Below, piece by piece: positions 51,509-62,000 of a stretch of DNA of 62,000 nucleotides. Origin of the DNA: Octopus vulgaris (Eukaryota); NCBI GenBank assembly GCA_951406725.2, contig OX597819.1, positions 25,068,001-25,130,000 on the forward strand, in the 5' to 3' direction. The notes beneath the pieces were generated by a model. That model was not told where the DNA came from and did no database searches. It saw only the letters and a program-made list of their open reading frames with translations. A program made the position numbers and the translations under genes. The first letter of the stretch is position 1. Every line of letters starts with the position of its first letter.

Positions 51509-52742
51509 ATATACCTGTATATTTCACATTCATATACATACACCATATTATACATCATATACATCATATACCTGAGTATGAAGTTGTACACATCTGTGTT
51601 TGTACGTGTATAGAATAGTATAAATAGAATAGTGTAAATGTTTTGTTGATCATATGACTGGCTAGTATTTTTCAGTAATCATAAATATTGTAAAATGGAA
51701 GGAAACAGATCAACAAAAGATACCTGAAAAGATGTCACTGATTTTTAACCTCTCTGTATGTTGCCATAACTGATAAAGGACCTCATACAACAAAACATCG
51801 CTGTTCTACAAACAAAGTTCTAAGTTGTTCTTGATATGCACAGATAACAATCAGCCTGACTGTCGCACGTACACACACACACACACGTGTGTGCATGTCA
51901 ACACACACACACACAATGTGTAAAGAAAAATGAATGTGAAAGTGTTTCTTGCTCAGAATGAAACCACTCATCTCTTTGAGTCTTTTTACCACCAGCATTC
52001 ATCCCAATACATATGAACGGGTTGGCAATAGGTGGGCTGGCTATAGCCCACAAATGGGCATCAGATCTTTCTTAAGACTTTTTCTATTTCACTGTCTTTG
52101 CAGGGCTTTGCACAGTAGATGTTTTTAAGATAACTTTTTCTGTCATGATTTTTTAAATTTTTGCTTATAGAAGCAATTCCAGCCACAGAAAATGAGGAGA
52201 TAGACTAAGATATTTTCATATGTATGAAATGAGATAATATTTATGGGGCTTATGAGCAATTATAAAATGAGTGAAATAGGGCTTTTACAAAAAAGAAGTG
52301 TTACTGATCCCTGCTTATAGAATTATACAGATCTCTGAACATGTAGGATTATACAAATGCGATTCATTCCACAGCTAACCTATACATGTTTTACTTTGGT
52401 ACGATGAATGTTTTTACTATTCCAGTGTTTTACAGAGAATATGCTTGTACATACATACAGACATACACATATTTAGTTACATATCTATCATGTCTGAGAC
52501 AAAATATAGTGATGTCTACCTAATATTTTTCTTGATCAGTGTAATATATGTCATATCTGAAACGTAATATGGTGATGCTCATCTGATATTTTCTCTGGTT
52601 ACTACAGTATAAGTGGCCTGCCCTTTGGGATGGAAATGTGCAAGAGAATGGAGCACATTTTATATAAAATTATTGTATTTACTTATATTCATCTCAGTTT
52701 CCAGTTATGATTGCAGGCATGGCTATCTGATTTTAAGTTTAA

Positions 52743-52961
52743 CCCCTTAGTATTTAAACCGGCCATATCTGGCCAAAATAGTTAATCTGTTTTATGTTCA
52801 AACTGACCAGATCCAGGCTCTCACACCTACCCTACAATGTTATTCTACATTAGGTAATTACACCATCAAGATCTTGAAGATATGAGATAATGCATGATTA
52901 ATTCAAATCAATGGGAATCAATAAGCATTATGTTTGATAGGATAATCTGAACACTAAAGGG
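52743..52961. mobile_element. piggyBac-like MITE (inverted relative to 23193-23413)
   Basis: TTAA|CCCCTTAG ... CTAAAGGG|TTAA; interior homologous to 23193-23413. Confidence 0.85.
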
Positions 52962-53844
52962 TTAATCTCTTGGAAAAGTGTGCTATCTTAGCCTTGGGTT
53001 GACTACACCCTTGTCTTTTACTTAATTAATTGTCTTCTTTTACTTAATTAATTGTCTAACTTAAGAACTGCTACTCCGTCCTTAGGTATGTTTAGTGGAA
53101 TCCACCCTGTACCCAACTTTTGGGTCAGGTCTCTAGTTTTAGTGAGAGAATAACTTTCTCTTCTCTTCTCATTAAATCAAATAAACAATTAAAAATGAAA
53201 AAAATCAAATTTCTTGAAACTTAGCAATGGATTTCAAGAGCTGTTTAAAGAAATAGTATTGATCACACTAACCTTCCCTCCTTACACAATTTGGATTTGA
53301 GCCTGTTTAAATGAATTATGCATTGTCTATTTGTTCGTGTAAGCATTTCAACAGTTATTTCATTATTTAATACACATACATGCCATGTACTTACATGCAT
53401 ACATACCATTTAATCTGTTTGTATACACACTCACACATGCATACATGTGAGTGTTTATACAAGTGTTTTTTTTTTGGTAATATTTATAGAATATTTCATA
53501 AAAATGTAAATTAAAATGTAATTTCTCCTGTCAGAGGTTTCTGTTTATTAGTTTATTTCTTAAAATTTACATCCATTTTATCATCATTAGTATTTTTTGG
53601 CAATGCTTAGATAGTTTAGACTACGGGCTTTAGTTGGCATTATTGCTAATGGATACATATATTTGGCAACATGTACTCTCTGTGTGTGTGTGTGTGTGTG
53701 TGTGCTGTATTGTAAGGGAAAGAAGCAAAAGGCTCAAAGTTAGTTCAATACTTTTCACTTTTCGACACAACTGTATATTTTCTTTGTGTTTATTGACATT
53801 TTCCTCTAAAAATATAATCTATATATGTGTATATATGTATGTCG

Positions 53845-54870
53845 TTATTCAGTTTATTTCTAGATTTCTTGCCAATAGAGAAAGAAACGGTTTCTAACCT
53901 AGATCCAAGGTTCCTTCAATGGAATTTCAACATCAACAACAGGGTATTTTTCTGTGTGTGTGTGTGTGTGCATGCATTGATGCAGATTTGTATTATTTAT
54001 GTATGTATTCTCATGCAAGTAGTTACATATCTAGACTTACTCATATATATTTAAATGATAAAACTTCTGGAAAGTTTTACATATTTTTACAGTTCCAGTG
54101 ATGGATTGGATTTGTAGCCTTCGAATTAGCTTTCTCCTTTCTGGTTTTGAGAAGCCTAATTTCTCAAGATTGGAATTTAGGCAGTGTGTTACATATCCCA
54201 GGGTCCCATTAATTACAGGTATAAACCTGAACTTGTAATCTGGATAGAGTAACTGCAGATTTCTTAATAGTTCAGCATAGGTGTTCTCTTTTTCACTGTT
54301 CTACAGCTTTATGTTAACATCGTCTGGACAGCTAATTTCCACAACTGTGCACAGTTTCTCTTCCCTATCCCAAATCATTATATCAGGTCTGTTGTGCTTA
54401 CATTTTACTGAGGTCTTCACAGGTACATTCCACCAGCATTCCTTTTCATTGTGAGTGGCTGTGGCTTCTACCATATCGTAAGTTTTTATTTCTTTGTCCT
54501 TGTGATTATCCTTCCGATGGATTTCATTATAGAGTATCCTAGCTACAACATCATGTCTCATCGGTAGATAATACTGTGACGACATTTCCAGACAACTGCT
54601 TATGATGTGGATGATATCTTCGGTGTGAACTCCACAAAGTCTGCATCGGTTCTCTCATTTTATAGCTTTTCCCACATCTCTATCCCTTTTGTGTACCAGG
54701 TATTTGGTTGGTATTTCCTGTTTGAAGTAATTAATAAAAAAATTCTTGGCTTACTACATTAAATATATCAATAGCCACTTTGCTTTTAAGTTTCCATGCA
54801 GCAGAGGTCTCTGAGTACTTTGTTTTATATTCATCAGCCCAATGTCTTTGTCTATATAACATCTATGAAA
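53845..54870 (-). mobile_element. R4/Dong-type non-LTR retrotransposon 3' fragment (CCHC zinc knuckle + restriction-like endonuclease + 3' UTR), disrupted
   Basis: Minus strand QEIPTKYL...NRCRLCGVHTEDIIHIISSC...MRHDVVARILY...NRPDIMIWDREEKLCTVVEISCP...FIPVINGTLG; C-x2-C-x8-H-x4-C, RHD and PD..D...E motifs; in-frame stops and a frameshift. Confidence 0.85.
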
Positions 54871-56378
54871 GTATTAAGTCATCAGTATTTCAGGTGAGCA
54901 ATCAGCCGTAAAATGCATTAAGATTATGATTGGCGGAATTAATAACTGCTAAAATGCACCTATTACCTATAGCATTTCCCATTCTTTCTAGACACCTGTG
55001 ACCTTCATTACATTGTTAGTTGAATAGTGTATGGATTATAAGATAAATATCCAGTGTTAATCTTTAATCTATTTCTCTTAATTTCTTTTGAATTTTATGT
55101 ATTTTACATACACAAGGTCATCATTTGTTCTTAAGTTGTTGTTTTTTTTAACCCTGGGTCGAACCCCCATTAAGCATACCTACGAAAAGAAAGCATTGTT
55201 TTTATAATGGACTCATTTTTTTTTTCTAGCAATAGCATACTCCAGATTATATTACCCCATGTATCCTACCTTTTTTAAGATCTGCAGGGTGAATATTTAG
55301 AATGTTTTTGGTTGCTGTTTCTGGAAAGTTGAGTAACTATGTAGAAGTATCCTTGTTGACTGTAACTTCTGTTGTTTTTCTTAGTAGATAACCTTGGACT
55401 AATTTAATGAAACAGTTTGTGATATTTAAAAATATCTAGAGGAACACTTGTTGATTGTCTTGTCAGTTCGATATCCCCATATAAGATCTAGTGATTAATC
55501 CCATCATAATGATACTTGAATAATTTATATTAATATATCAATTTTCTATGGCCAGTGAAGCAATCAAACCATTTAATGATTGGACTTCAAAAGAATTAAA
55601 AAGAAAAAGAAAAAGAAACATAAATTAATTCTGCTATTTATGAGGTAAAACCAGCTGTCTGCATTACTGCACAGAATTAACAAATGAAAACGTTATAAAG
55701 ATTTAATTTTTATCCCAGTGTTCAACTAATAAATATTAGATTTAACTGAATTTCTGCATCCCCACCATCACTATCTCTCCGGCTTTATCCCATTTATTTC
55801 CTTCCTTCCTTCTGTCTGTCTGTCTATCCATCTGTCTATCTATAATGTGGGGTAGCCCTGAATCTCCTCTACATTAACAAACCTATTCTTGCCCCTCTTA
55901 TAGTACTTTTACCTTTCAACACCTTATTTAAAACCAATTTCATTCTCAGCTATGGAAGGATGAAAGGCAAAGTTGACTTCAGTGAGGTTTGAACACAGAT
56001 CATAAAGAGCCAGAGAAAAAAACCATAAAATATTTTCTCAGATACTATGATGATTTAGGCAGTTCACTGCCCTGATAATAAAAATAATTGTTTCAATTTC
56101 AGAAGTTTTGAAAGGAAGGTAGTAATCAATTACAGCAGCCTTGGTATGTGACTGGTACTTTATCAGCCTCGATAGAATGAAAAGCAAAGTTGGCCTCAGT
56201 AATTTTCAAACTCAGAAAGTAAAGAGCTGGAGAAAAATACCTCAAAATTTTAATGTTTCTAGTATTATTTGTAAGAGGGTCACAAAGCCTGAAATTTAGA
56301 GGAAGGTGATTAGTTGATTATATTGAGCTGATGGTGCTCTATTTCATCAGTCCCTAGAAGGATAAAAGGCAGAGTGGG

Positions 56379-56830
56379 ATCATCATCATCATCGTTTAAT
56401 GTTTGCTTTCCATGCTAGCATGGGTTGGACGATTTGACTGAGGGCCGGTGAACCGGATGGCTGCACCAGGCTCCAATCTTGATCTGGCAGAGTTTCTACC
56501 GCTGGATGCCCTTCCTAATGCCAACCACTCTGAGAGCCTAGTGGGTGCTTTTACATGCCACCGGCATGGGGGCCAATCAGGCGGTACTGGCAATGACCTT
56601 GCTTGAATATTTTTTACACGTGCCACCGGCACAAGTACCAGTAAGGCGACGCTGGTAATGTGGTAATGATCATGCTCAAATGGTGCTTTTTACATGCCAC
56701 CGGTACGGAAGCCAGTCAGCCGCTCTGGCCATGATCACGCTTGGCTGGTGCTCTGGTAATGATCACACTCGAATGGTGCCTTTTATGTGCCACCGGCACG
56801 GAAGCCAGTTGGCCACTCTGTCGATGAGAT
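56379..56830 (-). mobile_element. Family D SINE-like copy with an expanded internal tandem array
   Basis: (CAT)n tail, AGGAAGGGCATCC module, several TGGTGCTTTTTACATGCCACCGG units. Confidence 0.75.
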
Positions 56831-56939
56831 CACGAACACAAAATGTAAAATTTTGGAACAAATATCAAAAAAGCATTTTGTAATTGTTCAAACAATTCTG
56901 CTAATCCACTACTCTTAATAATAATTGTAATAATAATCC

Positions 56940-57240
56940 TCGCCAATGCTAGTGTTCACATGAAAAGTACCTATTCTATTCTGTAAAGTGGTTGGCATTA
57001 GGAAGGGCACCCTGCTGTGAAAACCATGCCAAAGCGAATATTGTCAGTACTAGTGCTATGTAAAAAGTACCCAGCTCACTCTGTAAAGTGGCTGGCATTA
57101 GGAAGGGCATCCTGCCATAAAAACCAAGCTAAACAGACAATGGTGTTTGGTTCAGTCCTCTAGCTTGTCAACTCCTGTCAAAGCATCCAAGGTATACCAG
57201 CATGGAAGATAGGAGGTTAGGTGATGATGATGATAATGAT
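56940..57240 (+). mobile_element. Degraded family D copy with duplicated AGGAAGGGCA module
   Basis: CTGTAAAGTGG(T/C)TGGCATTAGGAAGGGCA occurs twice; ends in (GAT)n. Confidence 0.55.
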
Positions 57241-58223
57241 GATGAATATAGGTAAAAGGCCTGAAATTTTGTGGAATTGGGTAGTTGATATATCGACGCC
57301 TGTGCTTAACTCATACTTAATTTTATCAACTCTGAAAGGATGAAAGGCAAAGATGACCTCAGCAGGATTTAAATTTGGAAGAACTGCTGCTGAAATTTTA
57401 TCTGGTGCTCTAACAACCTTACCAGTTTGCCATCTGGTAATGTTAATATTAATACTAATACAAATAATTATACTCATAGTAATTATTTCTAATTTAGCTC
57501 CTAGGCCAGTAATTTTGGCAGGGAGAGGTTTGTTGATTAAATTGGCCCCAATACTTGATTAGTACTTTTACAACAAAAATCTTTATAATTTAATTGGTTT
57601 CAACAAATTACTTTATACCATGACATGAAGTAATCTAAAAATTTCATAATTAAGATTAATTAATTAATACATAACAAATTTTAAAAAAAATATTTTTATA
57701 TTTTTTTTCAGTTTACATTAGTTGTACTTCCCTTCTTCTTTCATTTCCTTATAGTATTTTTTTAAAAAGAGAAAAAGTCTTCTTCCACATCATTTATACT
57801 TCACAAACCTCATGTAATTTCTGCAAAACCAGAACGTTTTTCTCTTTTATTTCTGCTTTCTTTGCAAGCTTTTATTGAAACATTCTTCATTGTTTGTTTC
57901 TCTCTTTAATCGGTGGCATTTCTTTTTAAATGTTCACACTTAAAATATCATCAAGCTCTCAAACATTCCGCCCTTTGCCAAATCTATTTCTCCTTTTTGG
58001 CTCTCCCTCTTTCTCTCTCTCTCTCTCTCAATCTCCATTTTCCTTTCTCATTTTCTCTGTTCTTTTTTATCTCTTCTTTATCTTCCATCCTCTCCTTTCC
58101 TTTTCTCTCTCTCTCTCTCTCCCTCTTTCATTTCACTTTCCTTTATTCTGTTATTTTCTTATATTTCTCTCTTCAATGAATAATGCACACACATACATGC
58201 ACACATATTTTCACAGATCCGTT

Positions 58224-58666
58224 CATTTATTTCAGTGTCTATTAGAACCTCTTTCACTCCTCCCTCTCTCTATCCATCCTCTCCCTCTCTATCTCTCTTC
58301 TCTTTTCTTCTCTCCCTCCCCATCTCTCTCAACCCATCTCTTTCTCTCTCTCTCTGACACACACACACACACACACACATACACATTTATTTCAGTGTCT
58401 ATTAGAACCTCTTTCACTCCTCCCTCTATCTATCCATCCTCTCCCTCTCTATCTCTCTTCTCTTTTCCTCTCTCCCTCCCCATCTCTCTCAACCCATCTC
58501 TCTCTCTCTCTGACACACACACACGCATACACATTTATTTCAGTGTCTATTAGAACCTCTTTCACTCCTCCCTCTCTCTCTATCCATCCTCTCCCTCTCT
58601 ATCTCTCTTCTCTTTTCTTCTCTCCCTCCCCATCTCTCTCAACCCATCTCTCTCTCTCTCTCTCTG

Positions 58667-58698
<32 letters not shown>

Positions 58699-58700
58699 AC
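58224..58700. repeat. ~150-bp tandem repeat x3, each ending in (CT)n(CA)n
   Basis: Unit begins CATTTATTTCAGTGTCTATTAGAACCTCTTTCACTCC at about 58224, 58384 and 58533. Confidence 0.9.
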
Positions 58701-59439
58701 ATACACACAAGAAGGCCCTACCTTATATAAACCTATTGTTCTTCATTCACAAAAGAGTCTCAAACACTTAAGCAAACTGGTTGATATACATACATACATA
58801 CATACATCTACACACATCTATACACACATACACACATCACAATAAAACAACAAATAACAAAAATCAAAAGCTACTGTTACAACAACAACAACAACAGCAA
58901 GAACAGGAACATTACAAGTGACATGTAGTTTTGTGTACATATAAAAGACTGCTACTGACATCTTCTTTCTAAATAGAAGTTCAGTTTACATAAAGGTGTT
59001 TAACATTTTTGGGGTCAGAAAATGTTAGCTGCTGTGAGAAATTCTGTCCCTGCATTGGCAATATATAATGGGGGTGGTGATGGTGGTAGGGAGTTCTGAT
59101 AATGTAGCAAATACTTTTTCTATATCATCATCTCATCCTACTCCCTTCTTTGTCCCTGCTACCACCATAGCCAACCATGTAGAGAGGGGGAGGGGTAGAG
59201 TAATTGTTTCATTATTGTTGTTGCTGCTGTTATGGTTCTCTTGTGTTTTGTTTTTGTTATACATTCAAGTCAATTCATTCCTATTATGTGTTTGTGTTTG
59301 TTATTGTTGCCATTTAGTAGCAAGTCAGCCAAGACTGTCAGACTTATGATCAAAGGCATTCCAGATGTGACCATCCCATTGCAGGCAGTGAACCACATTA
59401 TTCAATGATTTTTTTTTATTTTCTAAAAAGACAGTTATT

Positions 59440-59752
59440 ATTTGTAAGTCTAGTACTTATTCTACTGGTCGCTTTTGCCAAACTGTCAAGTTACAGGGAT
59501 GTAAACACACCAACATTGGTTGTCAAGTGATGGTGGTGGGGACAAAACACACACATAGATACACATACATATGTACATATATGTATGTATGTATGTATGA
59601 CGGGTCTCTTTCCGTTTCTGTCTACCAAATCCATCCACAAGTCTTTGGTCGGCTTGAGACTATAATAACAGACACTTGCCGAAGGTGCCATGCAGTGGGA
59701 TTGAACACGGAACCATGTGGTTGGTAAACAAGCTTCTTACCACACAGCCACA
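59440..59752 (-). mobile_element. Older, diverged family A SINE
   Basis: Recognisable modules with many substitutions. Confidence 0.7.
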
Positions 59753-59989
59753 GACTCAAATAAAAGTACTGGGATCAATTTGTTATTCAACTAAACCATT
59801 CAAGGTGATGCCCCATCATGGCTGCAATCTAATGAATGTTACAAGTAAAAAGGAAATTAAGATAAAAGATATTGCTTGATCAGAGCTGATCTGGGGTTAC
59901 ACAACAATAAAAACAAGTATAAATGATAACTATTTGACTCGCAAATAGAAAGCATCTTAACATATATAGCAGTGTAGTAACAGATGTAA

Positions 59990-60401
59990 TCTTTATATAT
60001 AAAAGAGAGGTTGTGTGCTGTCTGTCTCCTACGATTTAGATTCCTAACTACTCCCACATTTTGCGGTGCAGTTTAACCAAAACCAGGTATCTTATAGTCG
60101 TCATTCATATCGAGCCCTTCTGGGTATTAGCGCACGTCTATGATGAGTCTACGATTTAAAAAAAAAATTACCATCAATTTTTCCCATTTTTAATGCATTT
60201 TTGGCATACATAAGGGAAGTAACTCTCTAAAAATTTATTATTAAATCTCAGAACGTAAAAAGCTACAGTAACACCCCCCTTTGTGGTTAGCCATATTGAG
60301 ATGGCTATTATACTTTACATCTCTAAAAATGTTTATATAATTATTTCCCTTATATAGTTATTTCCCTTACAAACCCGAGCAATGCCGGGCGATACTGCTA
60401 G
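59990..60401 (+). mobile_element. Non-autonomous Helitron H1, full length
   Basis: A|TCTTTATATATAAAAG ... CCCGAGCAATGCCGGG...CTAG|T. Confidence 0.85.
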
Positions 60402-61097
60402 TTTACTATAAACCAGTGAGAGAACCTCTCAGTAATATCTTGATTTGCTATAAATAGCTGTCATTGTCTTTCCAAAATTGAACTCTACCACCTTATAAGA
60501 ATGAAGGATGCATTGATAAGGTCATTTTGGAATGTCTTTTTGTATATCATCATCTCATCCTACTCCCTTCTTTGTCCATTGCCTACCACCATTGCCAACC
60601 ATATATAGAGAGGGAGGGGGTAGAGTAATTATTTCATTATTGTTGTTGTTGTTGTTATGGTTCTCTTGTGTTTTGTTCTGTTATACATTCAAGTCAATTC
60701 ATTCTTATTATGTGTTTGCGTTTGTTATTGTTGCCATTTAGTAGCAAGTCAGCCAAGACTGTGCAGACTTATGATCAAAGTCTGCTTGATCAGTCATAAC
60801 TCTGATGGATAAACAACAACAACAACAACAATAACAACAACAATATCAATATAGTTACACTGGTTTAGTATCTCTCTCATTTTTCTCTTCCTAGCTAGCT
60901 CTACCTCTCTTTCTGTCTAACACTCTGTTTCTCTTTCTCTTTCTCTCTCGTTTTCTTCCTCACTCACTCCCACCTGCCCCCCCCCCCTCTCTCTCTCTCT
61001 CTCTCACTTTGTTACCTTCTCACTTTCTTCTTTGGAAGTCTGTTTCCCTGTATTGTTATGTATATGTTTCAACATTTGTACAGACACAAATTCACAG

Positions 61098-61201
<104 letters not shown>

Positions 61202-61528
61202 GAGAAATAGTTTAGCAGACATTCAACACAAACCCTTATTCATAAACCTATAACATAAAATAAAAGCACAGCAACAAAAAAAAAAAAAAGAAACATTGAA
61301 TTTTACTTCCTCTTGAATAATAAACATCAAGTTCAGATTGATGGCTGTTTGCTTGCTTATTCTTCTAATGAGAGTGGATATGGTTCACATAGTCATTTTA
61401 TTGCTTCACAACAATTGTATGTCCACACCTAAAGACATGTATGTGTGTGTGTTTTTTGTTAGTTCTCATAATTATGGCCATGCTAGAGCACCATTTTCAG
61501 TGAGGAATATTTTTTTATATGTATGTAT

Positions 61529-61722
61529 ACTCTTTTACTTGTTTCAGTCATTTCACTGCGGCCATGCTGGAGCACTGCCTTTACTCGAGCAAATCGACCC
61601 CGGGACTTATTCTTTGTAAGCCCAGTACTTATTCTATTGGTCTCTTTTGCCGAACCGCTAAGTAATGGGGACGTAAACACACCAGCATCGGTTGTCAAGC
61701 AATGCTAGGGGGACAAACACAG

Positions 61723-61753
<31 letters not shown>

Positions 61754-61926
61754 CATATATGCGACAGGCTTCTTTCAGTTTCCGTCTACCAAATCCACTC
61801 ACAAGGCATTGGTCGGCCCGGGGCTATAGCAGAAGACACTAGCCCAAGATGCCACGCAGTGGGACTGAACCCGGAACCATGTAGTTCATAAGCAAGCTAC
61901 TTACCACACAGCCACTCCTGCGCCTA
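61529..61926 (-). mobile_element. Family A composite CORE-like SINE
   Basis: Full modular alignment with other family A copies. Confidence 0.9.
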
Positions 61927-62000
61927 TATATATAATTTTTTGTTATGTATATCCTAGATTAAAGATTTTAGTTTAGCTGCTAAACTTGGAAGATCAATAA

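Noticed and set aside
56540-56830. Repeated ~25-bp motifs with variable intervening sequence resembling a CRISPR array
   Set aside because: Eukaryotic context, no cas genes, and the intervening segments are mutually homologous parts of the family D internal tandem unit.

Overview
AT-rich, microsatellite-saturated eukaryotic DNA that is almost entirely intronic/intergenic. The repeat complement (tRNA-headed CORE-like, Meta-like, V-like and Deu/Nin-like SINEs, a (GAT)n-tailed RTE-type SINE, and abundant (TA)n/(CA)n/(AAT)n tracts) points to a cephalopod, most likely Octopus; this is pattern recognition, not a database result. Well supported: four dispersed SINE-like families plus a tandem pair of an (AAT)n-tailed element; 3' fragments of RTE, CR1/L2 and R4/Dong-type (CCHC + restriction-like endonuclease) LINEs; four non-autonomous Helitrons (TC...hairpin-CTAG, A|T target); two piggyBac-like MITEs with TTAA duplications; one mariner deletion derivative; two TA-flanked fold-back palindromes; several minisatellites and local duplications. 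Nearly all ORFs in the supplied track are translations of microsatellites or SINEs. The best host-gene evidence is one signal-peptide-like coding exon at 30941-31085 (+) ending in a canonical GTAAGT donor, a motif-rich candidate promoter near 24.46 kb, and a few isolated exon candidates; no gene could be named. I found no convincing novel biological system. The most notable items are SINE module shuffling, a complex templated-insertion junction at 4.26-4.96 kb, dsRNA-forming inverted repeats, and a speculative antisense 90-aa gene model.
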